From: an uncultured Lachnospiraceae bacterium
GTDB lineage: Bacteria > Bacillota > Clostridia > Lachnospirales > Lachnospiraceae
DNA: 64,000 bases
Assembly: GCA_946631295.1 (NCBI GenBank)
Contig: CAMOZY010000004.1
Span: 2,316 to 66,315, forward strand
Reading direction: 5' to 3'
The position numbers and the translations under genes were made by a program. The notes below the pieces were generated by a model. That model worked only from the letters and a program-made list of their open reading frames with translations. It was not told where the DNA came from and did not search any database. The stretch's first letter is position 1. The number at the start of each line of letters is the position of its first letter. Shown piece after piece: positions 37,034 through 47,047 of the stretch.

Positions 37034-38008
37034 TCAGAACAGCGGCTCAGTTTTTTCCGGTCTTTTTATGGTCTTCATCTGTCCGAGAATGATTATTGCT
37101 ACACATGCTACAGCAAGAATGATGACGGCAAAGGTTGTTCCCTCTATTCCAAAGCCGACATTATAAAAGAAACTGTCGCGTGCAGTTGAGGCATCCAGCT
37201 TTAACAATGAATAAGGGAATACCTGTCCGCTGTTTGGAAGTCCGAACAAAATGCTCTGGCAAAAGTTCCATCCTGCATGACCTGCCATAGCAAATGCCAT
37301 ACTTCCCGTATAGTGAATGATAAGTGAAAACAATACTCCACACAGAAAAACATTCAGAAGTGACAGTATCGTAACACCGGGATTACCTGCATGGAGCAAA
37401 GTAAAGAATAGTGAATTGAATATTATCGCAACTGCAGGACAGTATGTCTTCTCAATCCTTCTGTACATAAAACCTCGGCAAAGAATCTCCTCCGCTCCTG
37501 ACTGGATAAATACGGCTACGAACAGGAACACAAGAGGAATGATATCAAAGCTGCCATAATAAAGTGATATATCTCCGTTACTCTTAGCCATAAGGATACA
37601 AAGCAGGTTCATCCCACCCACTATGATACATCCGAGTATCCATGCTATTACAGCGGTTCTGTTAATCTTTCCAAAGATCTTGTGAAGGTATGGACTGTCA
37701 TTTTTAAACAGAAGTATGTATCCGATAACAAATCCCCATACCCCAATGAATGCCAGATACGTGGCCGCAGTAACGATAACAGGATGATCATCCGTCATGA
37801 GTCCTATAAGACGAAAAGGGACCTGCACTATCAAAATTCCAAACATTGATCCGACATACATCATGATCAGACCGAACAGATAAGTTGATAATATTCCATG
37901 GAGGAAATACTTAAGAAAACCTGTCTGCTCTTTCTTTTCTTCCTCAGCCTGATCAGCACCCTCAGTCTGATTCTCCGTGGTTGTTACTTTCTCTTCCGCT
38001 TCGCTCAT
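37034..38008 (-). CDS. CPBP (CAAX protease/Abi) family intramembrane glutamic endopeptidase; start likely 38008
   Basis: QSGAEEILCRG, FTLLHAGN, AGHAGWN motifs; multiple TM helices; SD GAGGAG. Confidence 0.9.
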   Translation of the reverse strand: MSEAEEKVTTTENQTEGADQAEEEKKEQTGFLKYFLHGILSTYLFGLIMMYVGSMFGILIVQVPFRLIGLMTDDHPVIVTAATYLAFIGVWGFVIGYILLFKNDSPYLHKIFGKINRTAVIAWILGCIIVGGMNLLCILMAKSNGDISLYYGSFDIIPLVFLFVAVFIQSGAEEILCRGFMYRRIEKTYCPAVAIIFNSLFFTLLHAGNPGVTILSLLNVFLCGVLFSLIIHYTGSMAFAMAGHAGWNFCQSILFGLPNSGQVFPYSLLKLDASTARDSFFYNVGFGIEGTTFAVIILAVACVAIIILGQMKTIKRPEKTEPLF

Positions 38009-38074
38009 TTCAATTCTCCTCTCACAAGTAATACAAACTTTATACATATTATCATAAAAGCCGTAAATAGAAAA

Positions 38075-38098
38075 ACACGGGCCATTAATGGCCCGTGA
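38075..38098 (-). terminator. Intrinsic terminator
   Basis: CACGGGCC-ATTAAT-GGCCCGTG followed by TTTT on the minus strand. Confidence 0.7.
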
Positions 38099-38105
38099 TA
38101 ATGAA

Positions 38106-38804
38106 TCAGTGTCCTATTATAAGCGTCATTCCCTTTGCCCACATTGCTGCAAAAAGAAGTATCTCCGCCCACAGCACCATGATCTGCGGCGTTCGTTCTT
38201 CCTCCACTCTCATTTTGTTCCAGCAGTCGGAAATGATCATAACCATGATAAGTGACATTCCGTACTTGCACATGTTAATGGTCCCTTCAAAGACATAGAC
38301 CATAAGCACAAGAACTATGAGACATATAAAGAGGATCTTGTACCACTTGGGGAACTTGTCATGAACCGTGGCTCCTATCATAAGAAGCATCATTGGAACC
38401 AGTATCCTCAGATGCTCAGACAGGTCGGAAGCCCACAGAACCAGTGAACCTTCCCACTTGGCGCTGAAGCTGTGATCTCTGATATCAAAAGCATAGGACA
38501 GATCGGTCAGCCTCTGCAGATACGATATTTTCAGATGAGGGACGAATGCTATGTATAGGATCATAAAGCGCACATACGAACCTACGCTCTTGGATCCCGA
38601 AACATAGGAAGTTATCAACGTCACAAGTGCAAAAAGCGCCGCTCCCACCAGTCCGTTAGACAGAGAGAATCTACCCTGGTCGGTACCGAACTGATAGAAC
38701 TTCAGAATGAAATTAAGCACAAGGACAGAATTGATTACAGGCATCCAGACCTTGGCAAATAATTCCTTAGGTATATTCTTGTCAAATGAAGAGATCTTCA
38801 TCAC
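38106..38804 (-). CDS. Hypothetical multi-pass membrane protein
   Basis: 232 aa, about 7 hydrophobic segments; ATGA overlap with the upstream gene. Confidence 0.7.
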   Translation of the reverse strand: MMKISSFDKNIPKELFAKVWMPVINSVLVLNFILKFYQFGTDQGRFSLSNGLVGAALFALVTLITSYVSGSKSVGSYVRFMILYIAFVPHLKISYLQRLTDLSYAFDIRDHSFSAKWEGSLVLWASDLSEHLRILVPMMLLMIGATVHDKFPKWYKILFICLIVLVLMVYVFEGTINMCKYGMSLIMVMIISDCWNKMRVEEERTPQIMVLWAEILLFAAMWAKGMTLIIGH

Positions 38805-39895
38805 TCGACTCCAAGCTGTGATTCAAGGATCACGAATACATCATACAAAAGAGTTATCGCACAAAGCACATAGGCATAGATGCGATATCTTGTAACAATC
38901 TTGTTAAGCGAATAAAAAAGCGAGCAGAACGTTGCGATGCCCAGTATCATGGTACACAGAAGCGCACCATTGGGAGATGCGGGAAGGATCAGTACACAAA
39001 GAAGAGAAACTCCCACACTAACCATCATCACCCAGCACATAAGATACTGTGAAGGTTTAAGCTTTCCGCCCATCTTGAGGAAAATCGCAAGCACTAAAAG
39101 AGCAAATACTACCGAAGGGTATACATCCGCACTTATATAGTCTGTAAAAAGAACGGAGCCTTCGGCATAATTACCGGGGCAGACCAGATAAAGGAATACT
39201 CCCAGTATTGAGAAAAACAGTGCCACTACAAAGCCTGTGGACTTAAGTCTTGTTTCATGATGTGATCTTACCCATACCACACCGCCGAGAGCTGTAGCAC
39301 AGATAACTCCGTATGCAGGCGCCCATGCTCCGGCAACAAATCCGGCAAGTGCAAGGACTATGGTCTTTCCCGTGCCAAGTCTGGTGTTTTCCTCGGGATC
39401 GTCGATGATATTTGAACAGATCTTGAGAACCAGAAGCATCAGCAGTGAAGGATAAAAGAAATTCACTGCACCGAACTGCCTGAAATAGGAATTGTTCCAG
39501 TCGGCATTAAGGCAGATCAGAAGAAGAAATGCGTAAACATTAAAAAAGATCCTCTGATGAGACGCCTTGGCAGGGGCAAAAATAAGATATGCGCATGCGA
39601 TCATTACAAGCAGGTTTAATACATCGGCAACATATCCGCCTGCCATCAGGATCATCTGAAGTACAAATCCTCCGATAAGGCTTCCGCCCTTCCAGAAATA
39701 GATGCATCCCAGGCTCTGTTCAACATCAGCGAATGATTCAAGTGGTCCTCCCGTAACGAGGTTTCTTGCATAATCCAGATCCTCGAGCATAAACGGAACC
39801 TTGATCTGCTGGAAGAAGATTATGAGTACCATCGCCACAAAAGCGGCCAGCATAAGAAACTTTATTAAATTTGGTGTTCTTATCTCTTTTTTCAT
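38801..39895 (-). CDS. Polytopic membrane protein resembling DUF6056/GT-C-type glycopolymer-modifying proteins
   Basis: N-terminal EDLDY acidic motif after TM1, about 11 TMs, YLVCPGN motif. Family assignment is by resemblance only. Confidence 0.55.
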   Translation of the reverse strand: MKKEIRTPNLIKFLMLAAFVAMVLIIFFQQIKVPFMLEDLDYARNLVTGGPLESFADVEQSLGCIYFWKGGSLIGGFVLQMILMAGGYVADVLNLLVMIACAYLIFAPAKASHQRIFFNVYAFLLLICLNADWNNSYFRQFGAVNFFYPSLLMLLVLKICSNIIDDPEENTRLGTGKTIVLALAGFVAGAWAPAYGVICATALGGVVWVRSHHETRLKSTGFVVALFFSILGVFLYLVCPGNYAEGSVLFTDYISADVYPSVVFALLVLAIFLKMGGKLKPSQYLMCWVMMVSVGVSLLCVLILPASPNGALLCTMILGIATFCSLFYSLNKIVTRYRIYAYVLCAITLLYDVFVILESQLGVE

Positions 39896-39915
39896 AAGAG
39901 AAAACAATCCTCAAA

Positions 39916-39948
39916 AACAGGCCCATCCGTTTATTCGGAGGGGCCTGT
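39916..39948 (-). terminator. Intrinsic terminator after kdgK
   Basis: ACAGGCCC...GGGCCTGT with TTTT on the minus strand. Confidence 0.7.
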
Positions 39949-39987
39949 AAATTATATTTCCTGTACAAAAATATGTCAAATCGACTC

Positions 39988-41019
39988 TTATCTCTGTACT
40001 CTTCCGGAAGCATCACCGCCTGCAAGAGTCTCAACCTCTTTACGTGTTACAAGGTTGAAATCGCCGGGAATGGTATGCTTGAGAGCTGAAGCAGCAACGC
40101 CAAACTCAAGAGCAGCCTTGAAATCCTTGCCGTCAAGAAGACCACAGATAACTCCGCCTGCAAATGAATCTCCTCCACCGACTCTGTCAACGATAGGATG
40201 GATGGAGTACTCCTTGGAATGATAGAATTCCTTGGTGTCTCTTGAATAGATACATGCTGACCAGCCGTTATCGGAAGCTGAGTGGCTTACTCTGAGTGAT
40301 GAGATGCAATACTCGAAATTATAGTCAGCAACCATCTGCTCAAATATGCTCTTGTATCCTGCAAGCTCAAGTTCTCCGCTGGTAACATCGGTATTTCCGG
40401 GCTTGTATCCGAGAACGAGGTTTGCATCCTCTTCGTTTCCGATACATACGTCAACATACTGCATAAGATTCTTCATGACCTTCTGTGCCTTCTCAGAGCT
40501 CCAGAGCTTCTTACGGAAGTTGAGGTCACATGAAACCTTAACACCGTGTGCCTTGGCAGCCTTGAGAGCTTCCTCGGTAAGAACTGCAGCACTGTCTGAA
40601 ACAGCGGGAGTGATTCCGGTAAAGTGGAACCAGTCAGCACCTTCAAAGATCTTATCAAAATCGAAATCTGCTGCTGTAGCGGTTGAGATTGAAGAATGAG
40701 CTCTGTCATAAACAACCTTGGAAGGTCTCATTGAGCTTCCGGACTCAAGATAATAGATTCCGAGTCTCTCACCGCATCTTGCGATATTGTCGGTCTTTAC
40801 ACCGTACTTTCTGAGAGCTGCGACCGCACAATCGCCGAGTTCATTCTCGGGAAGTGCAGTAACATACTCTGCATCATGTCCGTAGTTTGCAAGTGAAACT
40901 GCTACATTAGCCTCACCGCCGCCGTAATTGATGTCGAACTCATCAGCCTGGATGAACTTCTCGTTATTGGGAGTTGAAAGGCGGAGCATTATCTCGCCCA
41001 TAGTGATTACTTTTGCCAT
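39988..41019 (-). CDS. kdgK: 2-dehydro-3-deoxygluconokinase (PfkB family)
   Basis: MGEIMLRL, GGGEANVA, DLNFRKKLW, VDRVGGGDSF, KHTIPGD; inside the pectin locus. Confidence 0.9.
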   Translation of the reverse strand: MAKVITMGEIMLRLSTPNNEKFIQADEFDINYGGGEANVAVSLANYGHDAEYVTALPENELGDCAVAALRKYGVKTDNIARCGERLGIYYLESGSSMRPSKVVYDRAHSSISTATAADFDFDKIFEGADWFHFTGITPAVSDSAAVLTEEALKAAKAHGVKVSCDLNFRKKLWSSEKAQKVMKNLMQYVDVCIGNEEDANLVLGYKPGNTDVTSGELELAGYKSIFEQMVADYNFEYCISSLRVSHSASDNGWSACIYSRDTKEFYHSKEYSIHPIVDRVGGGDSFAGGVICGLLDGKDFKAALEFGVAASALKHTIPGDFNLVTRKEVETLAGGDASGRVQR

Positions 41020-41045
41020 TGTTTTTACCCTCGTATAAACTAAAA

Positions 41046-42011
41046 TTATTTATTTACAAGATGAACGGCAAATCCGCCGATCTCCTCTTTCATATAGATT
41101 GCCTTGAGCGCTCCCTTGGCATCTCTCTTTGCAGAAGACTCATCAAATTCAACACCAAGAACTGTGCTGAGATAATTGACTGCTCTCTCGATGTAATTGG
41201 TTCTGATAGCGATGTGGCCGTTCTTTCCGAGATAGGGCTCTTTCATGAACTCAACTGCAGAACCTGCGAATACTGAACTGTTACCATTCTTAACGGGCAT
41301 TCCGAAGATAAATCCGAAACGCTCTGCAGCCTTGACCGCGTCAGCTTCAGAAGCGGTATTTACGCCTACATGAGCGATCTCAAATCCGAGCATGGTCTTA
41401 ACAGCTTCTCTGGTAAGTTCCTCAATCTTGTCGAATTCGCCGTTTGCGATAAGATCACCGGGAACCATCCATGATCCGCCACATGCGATAACCTTCGGGA
41501 AATCAAGATAAGAGATAAGATTCTTAGCATTGATACCGCCTGTAGGCATGAATTTCATATTTACATAGGGAGCTGCCATTGCCTTGATCTTGGCAATACC
41601 GCCGCTCTGCTCTGCAGGGAAGAACTTTACGACCTCAAGTCCGAACTCGATTGCTGTCTCGATCTCTGAAGGTGAGTTGGTACCGGGTGTGATAGGGATG
41701 TTCTTATCAACACAGTACTTTACAACCTTGGGATTAAGTCCGGGGCTTACAATGAACTTTGCACCGGCTTCCACTGCCTGGTCTACCTGATCGGTAGTAA
41801 GAACAGTTCCTGCTCCGACAACCATATCGGGATGAGCCTTTGTCATAATTGAAATAGCCTCTGCTGCAGCTGCTGTTCTGAATGTAACCTCAGCGCAGGG
41901 AAGTCCTCCTTTGCAGAGAGCATCTGCAAGAGGTGCTGCGTCCTTAGCATCGTCCAGCTTAACGACCGGAACTATTCCGATCTTACTGATTGTCTCAAGA
42001 ATAGGTAACAT
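41046..42011 (-). CDS. eda: KDPG/KHG aldolase with about 110-aa C-terminal VOC-like extension
   Basis: EVTFRT, VGAGTVL, FIVSPG, VKFFPAE, MPTGGI, ACGGSW; extra C-terminal domain. Confidence 0.92.
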   Translation of the reverse strand: MLPILETISKIGIVPVVKLDDAKDAAPLADALCKGGLPCAEVTFRTAAAAEAISIMTKAHPDMVVGAGTVLTTDQVDQAVEAGAKFIVSPGLNPKVVKYCVDKNIPITPGTNSPSEIETAIEFGLEVVKFFPAEQSGGIAKIKAMAAPYVNMKFMPTGGINAKNLISYLDFPKVIACGGSWMVPGDLIANGEFDKIEELTREAVKTMLGFEIAHVGVNTASEADAVKAAERFGFIFGMPVKNGNSSVFAGSAVEFMKEPYLGKNGHIAIRTNYIERAVNYLSTVLGVEFDESSAKRDAKGALKAIYMKEEIGGFAVHLVNK

Positions 42012-42111
42012 TTTTCATTTCTCCTCTTTATACAAAACCGCCTGGCGGCACTACTTGTATATTAGTATATCACATAAATTTTTAAGTGTCACTTATTTAT
42101 GTCTATGCCGG

Positions 42112-42134
42112 GCCGGAGCTAATATCCGGCCCGA
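42112..42134. terminator. Hairpin after the dehydrogenase gene
   Basis: GGGCCGGA-GCTAATA-TCCGGCCC. Confidence 0.55.
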
Positions 42135-42143
42135 AGATCAACA

Positions 42144-43130
42144 TTATTTTTGGGAAGTTTTCTTTGCAGCAGGCTTCTTGGCGGTGCTGTTTTTTGCAGA
42201 AGACTTCTTATCTGCAGCCTTTGTTTTCTTTACATCAGCAGTCTTCTTTGCGGAACATTTTTTTGCGCCTGTCTTTTTAAGAGTTTCCTTATCCTTATGC
42301 TGTGCGAACTTGGAAGCATCGAGATTTGAAGGATCCTGTCCGATATAAGCAAGGATTCCGCCGTCTATATAGACAACCTGTCCGTTGATAAAGTCTGAAG
42401 CAGGCGATGCAAGGAATACTGCAAGACCCATGAGGTCTTCTGTCTCTCCCCAGCGCTGTGCAGGAGTCTTTGAACGGATGAATCTGTCGAAGGGATGGAG
42501 CGAACCGTCTGCCTGAAGTTCACGAAGAGGCGCGGTCTGAGGTGTTGCGATATATCCGGGTCCGATGGCGTTGCACTGAATATTGTACTGACCATATTCT
42601 GAACAGATATTCTTAGTGAGCATCTTAAGTCCGCCCTTTGCTGCAGCATAAGCGGATACAGTCTCTCTTCCGAGCTCGCTCATCATTGAACATGCATTGA
42701 TTATCTTACCGCCGCCGCGCTTTACCATTGAAGGGATAACGGCCTTGGAACAGATGAAAGGACCGGTAAGATCAACATTGATCACGGCGTTCCATTCATT
42801 AAGAGTCATCTCTGTCATGGGGATTCTCTTGATGATACCTGCATTATTAACAAGGATATCGATGGGACCGACTTTCTTCTCAACATCACTTACGAATTTA
42901 GCTACCTGCTTTTCATTGGTAACATCACATACAGCTCCGTAAACATCGATACCAAGCTTCTTGTACTCTGCAAGACCTCTGTCAACGAGTTCCTGATTTA
43001 TATCGTTAAAAACAACCTTGGCACCTGCCTCAGCATACGCCTGTGCATATGCAAGTCCGAGTCCGTATGATGCACCCGTGATCCATGCAACCTTGCCTGT
43101 AAGTTTGAACTTATCCAATACTCCTGCCAT
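42144..43130 (-). CDS. Gluconate 5-dehydrogenase / KduD-like SDR with a Lys/Ala-rich C-terminal tail; start likely 43130
   Basis: TGASYGLG, NNAG, catalytic YAAAK, IGPGYIAT, DGGILA; follows kduI; SD AGGAGG. Confidence 0.88.
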   Translation of the reverse strand: MAGVLDKFKLTGKVAWITGASYGLGLAYAQAYAEAGAKVVFNDINQELVDRGLAEYKKLGIDVYGAVCDVTNEKQVAKFVSDVEKKVGPIDILVNNAGIIKRIPMTEMTLNEWNAVINVDLTGPFICSKAVIPSMVKRGGGKIINACSMMSELGRETVSAYAAAKGGLKMLTKNICSEYGQYNIQCNAIGPGYIATPQTAPLRELQADGSLHPFDRFIRSKTPAQRWGETEDLMGLAVFLASPASDFINGQVVYIDGGILAYIGQDPSNLDASKFAQHKDKETLKKTGAKKCSAKKTADVKKTKAADKKSSAKNSTAKKPAAKKTSQK

Positions 43131-43199
43131 GTTTTTTCCTCCTGTCATGGACAATCTGTTTTATATTCAATCGTGAAGCGAAAAAAATGATTCCCTGTA

Positions 43200-44063
43200 T
43201 TAAAGCAGATCCTGATTCCTTACATCGTCCATATCATCAAAGTCCTGATTTTCTCCGACCATTCCCCAGATGAATGTATATGCTCTGGAACCGCATCCCG
43301 AGTGGATAGACCAGCTGGGAGAAATTACGGCCTGTTCATTTCTCATGATGATATGTCTTGTTTCCTGAGGTTCTCCCATAAAGTGCATTACGAAAGCATC
43401 CTCGGGAATATCGAAGTAAAGATATACCTCCATACGTCTGTCATGTGTATGACAGGGCATTGTATTCCAGACGCTTCCGGGCTGCAGGCAGGTCATGCCC
43501 ATCTCAAGCTGGCAGCTCTCCACCTGTCCGGGAAGAATGTATTTATTGATAACGCGATGATTGGATTCTTCCATTGAACCGAGTTCTTTCTTATTCTCGG
43601 GCTTAATGACAACCTCGCCCTCCCCTGCTTCTCCGTCTCTTTTGATGAGGACTGTGGGACAGGTTCTGTGAGCGGGTGCTGAATTTAAATAGAATTTTGC
43701 GGGATTCGAAGGATCATCTGATTCAAAAGAGATCTCCTTTGTGCCCATTCCGATATATGCACCATCTCTTGATACAACATGGATTCTTCTTCCGTCGGCA
43801 ACAATCGTACCGTCTCCGCCGATATTGATAACACCGAGTTCTCTTCTGTCGCAGAAATGAGGAACTCTAAGTTCTTCTCCTGCAGTAAGCTGAAGAGATC
43901 CTTTTACGGGAACCGCCGAACCGGTAATGATACGATCGATATGACTGTAGACAAGTTTGATCTCATCAGGCTTAAAAAGATCTCCGATGAAAAATTCCTC
44001 TCTAAGACGCTCTGTGGTGTAATACTTCATATCTCTGGGTGATGATGCTGTTCTGAGTTCCAA
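43200..44063 (-). CDS. kduI: 4-deoxy-L-threo-5-hexosulose-uronate ketol-isomerase
   Basis: [54 protein letters not shown]. Confidence 0.97.
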   Translation of the reverse strand: MELRTASSPRDMKYYTTERLREEFFIGDLFKPDEIKLVYSHIDRIITGSAVPVKGSLQLTAGEELRVPHFCDRRELGVINIGGDGTIVADGRRIHVVSRDGAYIGMGTKEISFESDDPSNPAKFYLNSAPAHRTCPTVLIKRDGEAGEGEVVIKPENKKELGSMEESNHRVINKYILPGQVESCQLEMGMTCLQPGSVWNTMPCHTHDRRMEVYLYFDIPEDAFVMHFMGEPQETRHIIMRNEQAVISPSWSIHSGCGSRAYTFIWGMVGENQDFDDMDDVRNQDLL

Positions 44064-44110
44064 TTTATGCCTCGCTTTCGTTTATCAACAGTTTTATGTC
44101 ATGTAAGACA

Positions 44111-44171
44111 ATAAAACGCTTACATCGGAAATTATAATAGCATATCATCAGAAATTATGAAAGCCCTTACA
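44111..44171. promoter_or_regulatory. kduI promoter with two cre/LacI-like palindromic sites
   Basis: -10 TATAAT 44136-44131; TGAAAGCCCTTACA 44158-44171; weaker TGTAAGCGTTTTAT (minus strand) 44124-44111. Confidence 0.55.
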
Positions 44172-44181
44172 TGATGATTTT

Positions 44182-45315
44182 TTAAACTTTTTTCGATACT
44201 TTTTTACTTATTTCCCCGTAGTGATATTCCGCCTCTTCGCGGGACATTTTTTTCACAAAAGAGGCCCTCTTTCCGGAAGCGCCCGGCCCCGACGAATCAC
44301 ATTCAGCATAAAAAATACTTTCATGAGCATCCGTCTTGCCCCAGTCATTAAATCCTTCTTCCCTGATATGCTCATCAATATAACAATCGATCAGTTCCGT
44401 GCGTGCATGCTCTCTCCACGGTCTTCCGAGGTATACGCTCCTCTCCGGGCATCCGTCATTCAGGAATCGGCAGTCTTTAAAAACATATCCGTATTCAAGT
44501 CCTTCATATGTTGAAGCTGCGGTGCAGTATCCGTAAACCCTTTCCGGATCATCTGTATGCCTGCCTTTGAAATCCGTCTTTTCTGTCTTATTTATATTGC
44601 TTTCAGGATTGGCTGAGTATCCTGCATTATCTGTACATGCATATGCATATCTGTTTCTAGATATGATGTCGCAGTCTTCGAAAAGACAGGTCGCACTTCC
44701 GAAGATAAAATCAACATCTCCGCTGATACTGCATTTTTTGTAATGCTGAATACATGGGATCCTCTCATCAGATTCCGTAGGCCCCCTGAATCCTCCGGGC
44801 TCCTTTTCTTTATATGGCAGCGGTCCTGTAAATAGAGTATCCTGGAAGCTTTCAAGCACCACTCCTTGCGCCTCAATATCACCCTCTGCAAAAAGTGCTA
44901 TCGCCTGTCCCGCAGCATCCCCCGGAAAAGAAGTATTTTCTATGGTCAGATTCTTAAGGCTGTTTCCGTTTCCCTTTATAAAAAAAGTATATGATCTGAA
45001 AGTTCCGCGCTTAATACCGTCAGGCATTATCTCATAGGCATAGTCACCCCATTCGATCTTCACATCATCAGCTGAAGATCCGGTCCCTTCCACAGTCACT
45101 CCGTCACGTCTTATAAAAACCTTCTCTTTATACACTCCCGGATGAAGACGTAATAAAACAGCGCCTTCAGGTGCTGAAGACGCCGCATTGCTTATACTCA
45201 TTCCGGGATACAGATCTGTTATTGTCATTCTCTTCCCGTTAATGTCAGTTCCCGTCTGCATTAAGCACAGATAATCTGACATATCCTTTCTTATTTCCTT
45301 AAACACCTGACTCAA
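44182..45315 (-). CDS. Pectin methylesterase (CE8); true start may be further downstream
   Basis: GVYKE, QAIAL, FQDTL, GDVDFIFG, YLGRPW catalytic motifs. Confidence 0.92.
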   Translation of the reverse strand: MSQVFKEIRKDMSDYLCLMQTGTDINGKRMTITDLYPGMSISNAASSAPEGAVLLRLHPGVYKEKVFIRRDGVTVEGTGSSADDVKIEWGDYAYEIMPDGIKRGTFRSYTFFIKGNGNSLKNLTIENTSFPGDAAGQAIALFAEGDIEAQGVVLESFQDTLFTGPLPYKEKEPGGFRGPTESDERIPCIQHYKKCSISGDVDFIFGSATCLFEDCDIISRNRYAYACTDNAGYSANPESNINKTEKTDFKGRHTDDPERVYGYCTAASTYEGLEYGYVFKDCRFLNDGCPERSVYLGRPWREHARTELIDCYIDEHIREEGFNDWGKTDAHESIFYAECDSSGPGASGKRASFVKKMSREEAEYHYGEISKKVSKKV

Positions 45316-45459
45316 ACTTTTTCAAGTGACATTTTACAAATGAAGTAATATATTAAAAGTGCCGGTTCCGGGAGGACGTAAGCGGAGGTGTCCAGTTGCA
45401 ATCACATGACAATCCCTGAGAACACGCTCCGGCCGGCATTATAATATTTTATTCATCTG

Positions 45460-47040
45460 TTATTCCTCAATCTCATCGACATCAACTGCGATGATGCTCT
45501 TTCCTTCACAGCCTGTTATATTCACATTCCGAAATTCAAGCTTTTTTATATTTCTTGCAAAGATTCCTTTCTTACTGCACTTTTCCACACCTTCGCTCAT
45601 GGCGGGTACACCCTCTTTTGCATCAGTGGCAAAAGAGATATCGACATTCTTCATGACGATGTGATCTATCTTCTCCTCGGGAAGCCCATCAAAATGAGCT
45701 GCGGCAACATGACAATCCGTAGCACTGATATCTTCGAAAGCAAGTCTTCCGATACGGGGCGTTCTGTCATCAACAGGGAATTTCTCTCTTGACTGAACAT
45801 ATTCCGTCTTCCCGTCAGGATCGCAGAAATAGAACGAGTTGACTACAAACGGTGTCATAACGTTTCTCATCTCAATATGCTTAAATGAAATGTCGTCTAT
45901 GACAGCATCCCTTCCTCTTCCGCGTCTTGTCTTGATCCTGAGCCCTCTGTCGGTATTTCTGAACAGACAGTCCTCAATCCTGACATTCCTTACACCGCCG
46001 GCCATCTCGCTTCCGACAGTCACCGCACCATGCCCGTTTTCCATCAGACACTGACGCACGCTTATATTCTCTGAAGGCTTCTTGTATTTCCTTCCCATGT
46101 ATATCTTGCCGGACTTGATCGCTATGCAGTCATCGCCAAGCGAAAACTTAACGCCTTCTATAGCGATACCGGAACAGCTCTCCGGATCCACACCGTCAGT
46201 ATTAGGTGCATCCTGAGGATTTTCAATAGTAAGATTATAAAATCCCAGCTCATCCGAAAAATAGGGATGAAGCGTCCATGAAGGTGAATTACAAAGCTTT
46301 ATTCCCTGTATCATGATGTTACGGCAATGACTCAGGAAGATCAGTCTTGGCCTGAAGGCAATGTTCATTACCTTACAGTTCTTCCACCAGTTTTCATATG
46401 ACGCCTGTCCGTCGATACAGCCCTCACCATATATGCAGACATTCTCGACATTCATGCCGGTGATTATTCCCGTGAACATCGGAAGCGGATTTCCTTCCCA
46501 GGTTCCCAGATTATATTCTCCGGTCTCGTCATAGCTTTGTATAAGTCCGGGAAGTGCGGGGTAATGCATTCTGTCGGTATCCGCAATGATCACTGCACCC
46601 TTTGCAAGTTCAATGTTGATACCGCTTTTCAAAAATACCGAAGTGATCAGATATCTTCCCTCAGGTATTAAAACCCTGCTTCCTTCGGGACAAAGAGAGA
46701 TTGCAGACTGTAAAAAGACAGTATCGTCCGATGTTCCGTCGCCCTTTGCACCAAGAGACTTAACATCTATGGTTACAAATTCATCAGGAGTTTTAAAGGA
46801 AATCGATGCCAGACTATCAACCGAAGATACTTCCTCACATCCTGATGCTTCATGGAAGATCTCAAATGTATATTCGGTTCCGGGCTTTAATCCGAACACC
46901 GAAGTGACAATCGTGTCACATACCTTTGTATCATGTCCGTTTACGAACAGATGATAGCTTTCAAGTGTGTAATATATGCCGCCATCTGCTATCTCTATAA
47001 CGGCACTTCTTGCGGTTTTTGTTAAGAGTTTAAGTTCCAT
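45460..47040 (-). CDS. GH28 polygalacturonase with an N-terminal FN3-like module; start likely 47040
   Basis: GAKGDG, NTDG, GDDCIAIKSG, GHG, RIKT motifs. Confidence 0.94.
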   Translation of the reverse strand: MELKLLTKTARSAVIEIADGGIYYTLESYHLFVNGHDTKVCDTIVTSVFGLKPGTEYTFEIFHEASGCEEVSSVDSLASISFKTPDEFVTIDVKSLGAKGDGTSDDTVFLQSAISLCPEGSRVLIPEGRYLITSVFLKSGINIELAKGAVIIADTDRMHYPALPGLIQSYDETGEYNLGTWEGNPLPMFTGIITGMNVENVCIYGEGCIDGQASYENWWKNCKVMNIAFRPRLIFLSHCRNIMIQGIKLCNSPSWTLHPYFSDELGFYNLTIENPQDAPNTDGVDPESCSGIAIEGVKFSLGDDCIAIKSGKIYMGRKYKKPSENISVRQCLMENGHGAVTVGSEMAGGVRNVRIEDCLFRNTDRGLRIKTRRGRGRDAVIDDISFKHIEMRNVMTPFVVNSFYFCDPDGKTEYVQSREKFPVDDRTPRIGRLAFEDISATDCHVAAAHFDGLPEEKIDHIVMKNVDISFATDAKEGVPAMSEGVEKCSKKGIFARNIKKLEFRNVNITGCEGKSIIAVDVDEIEE

Positions 47041-47047
47041 TACGGTT

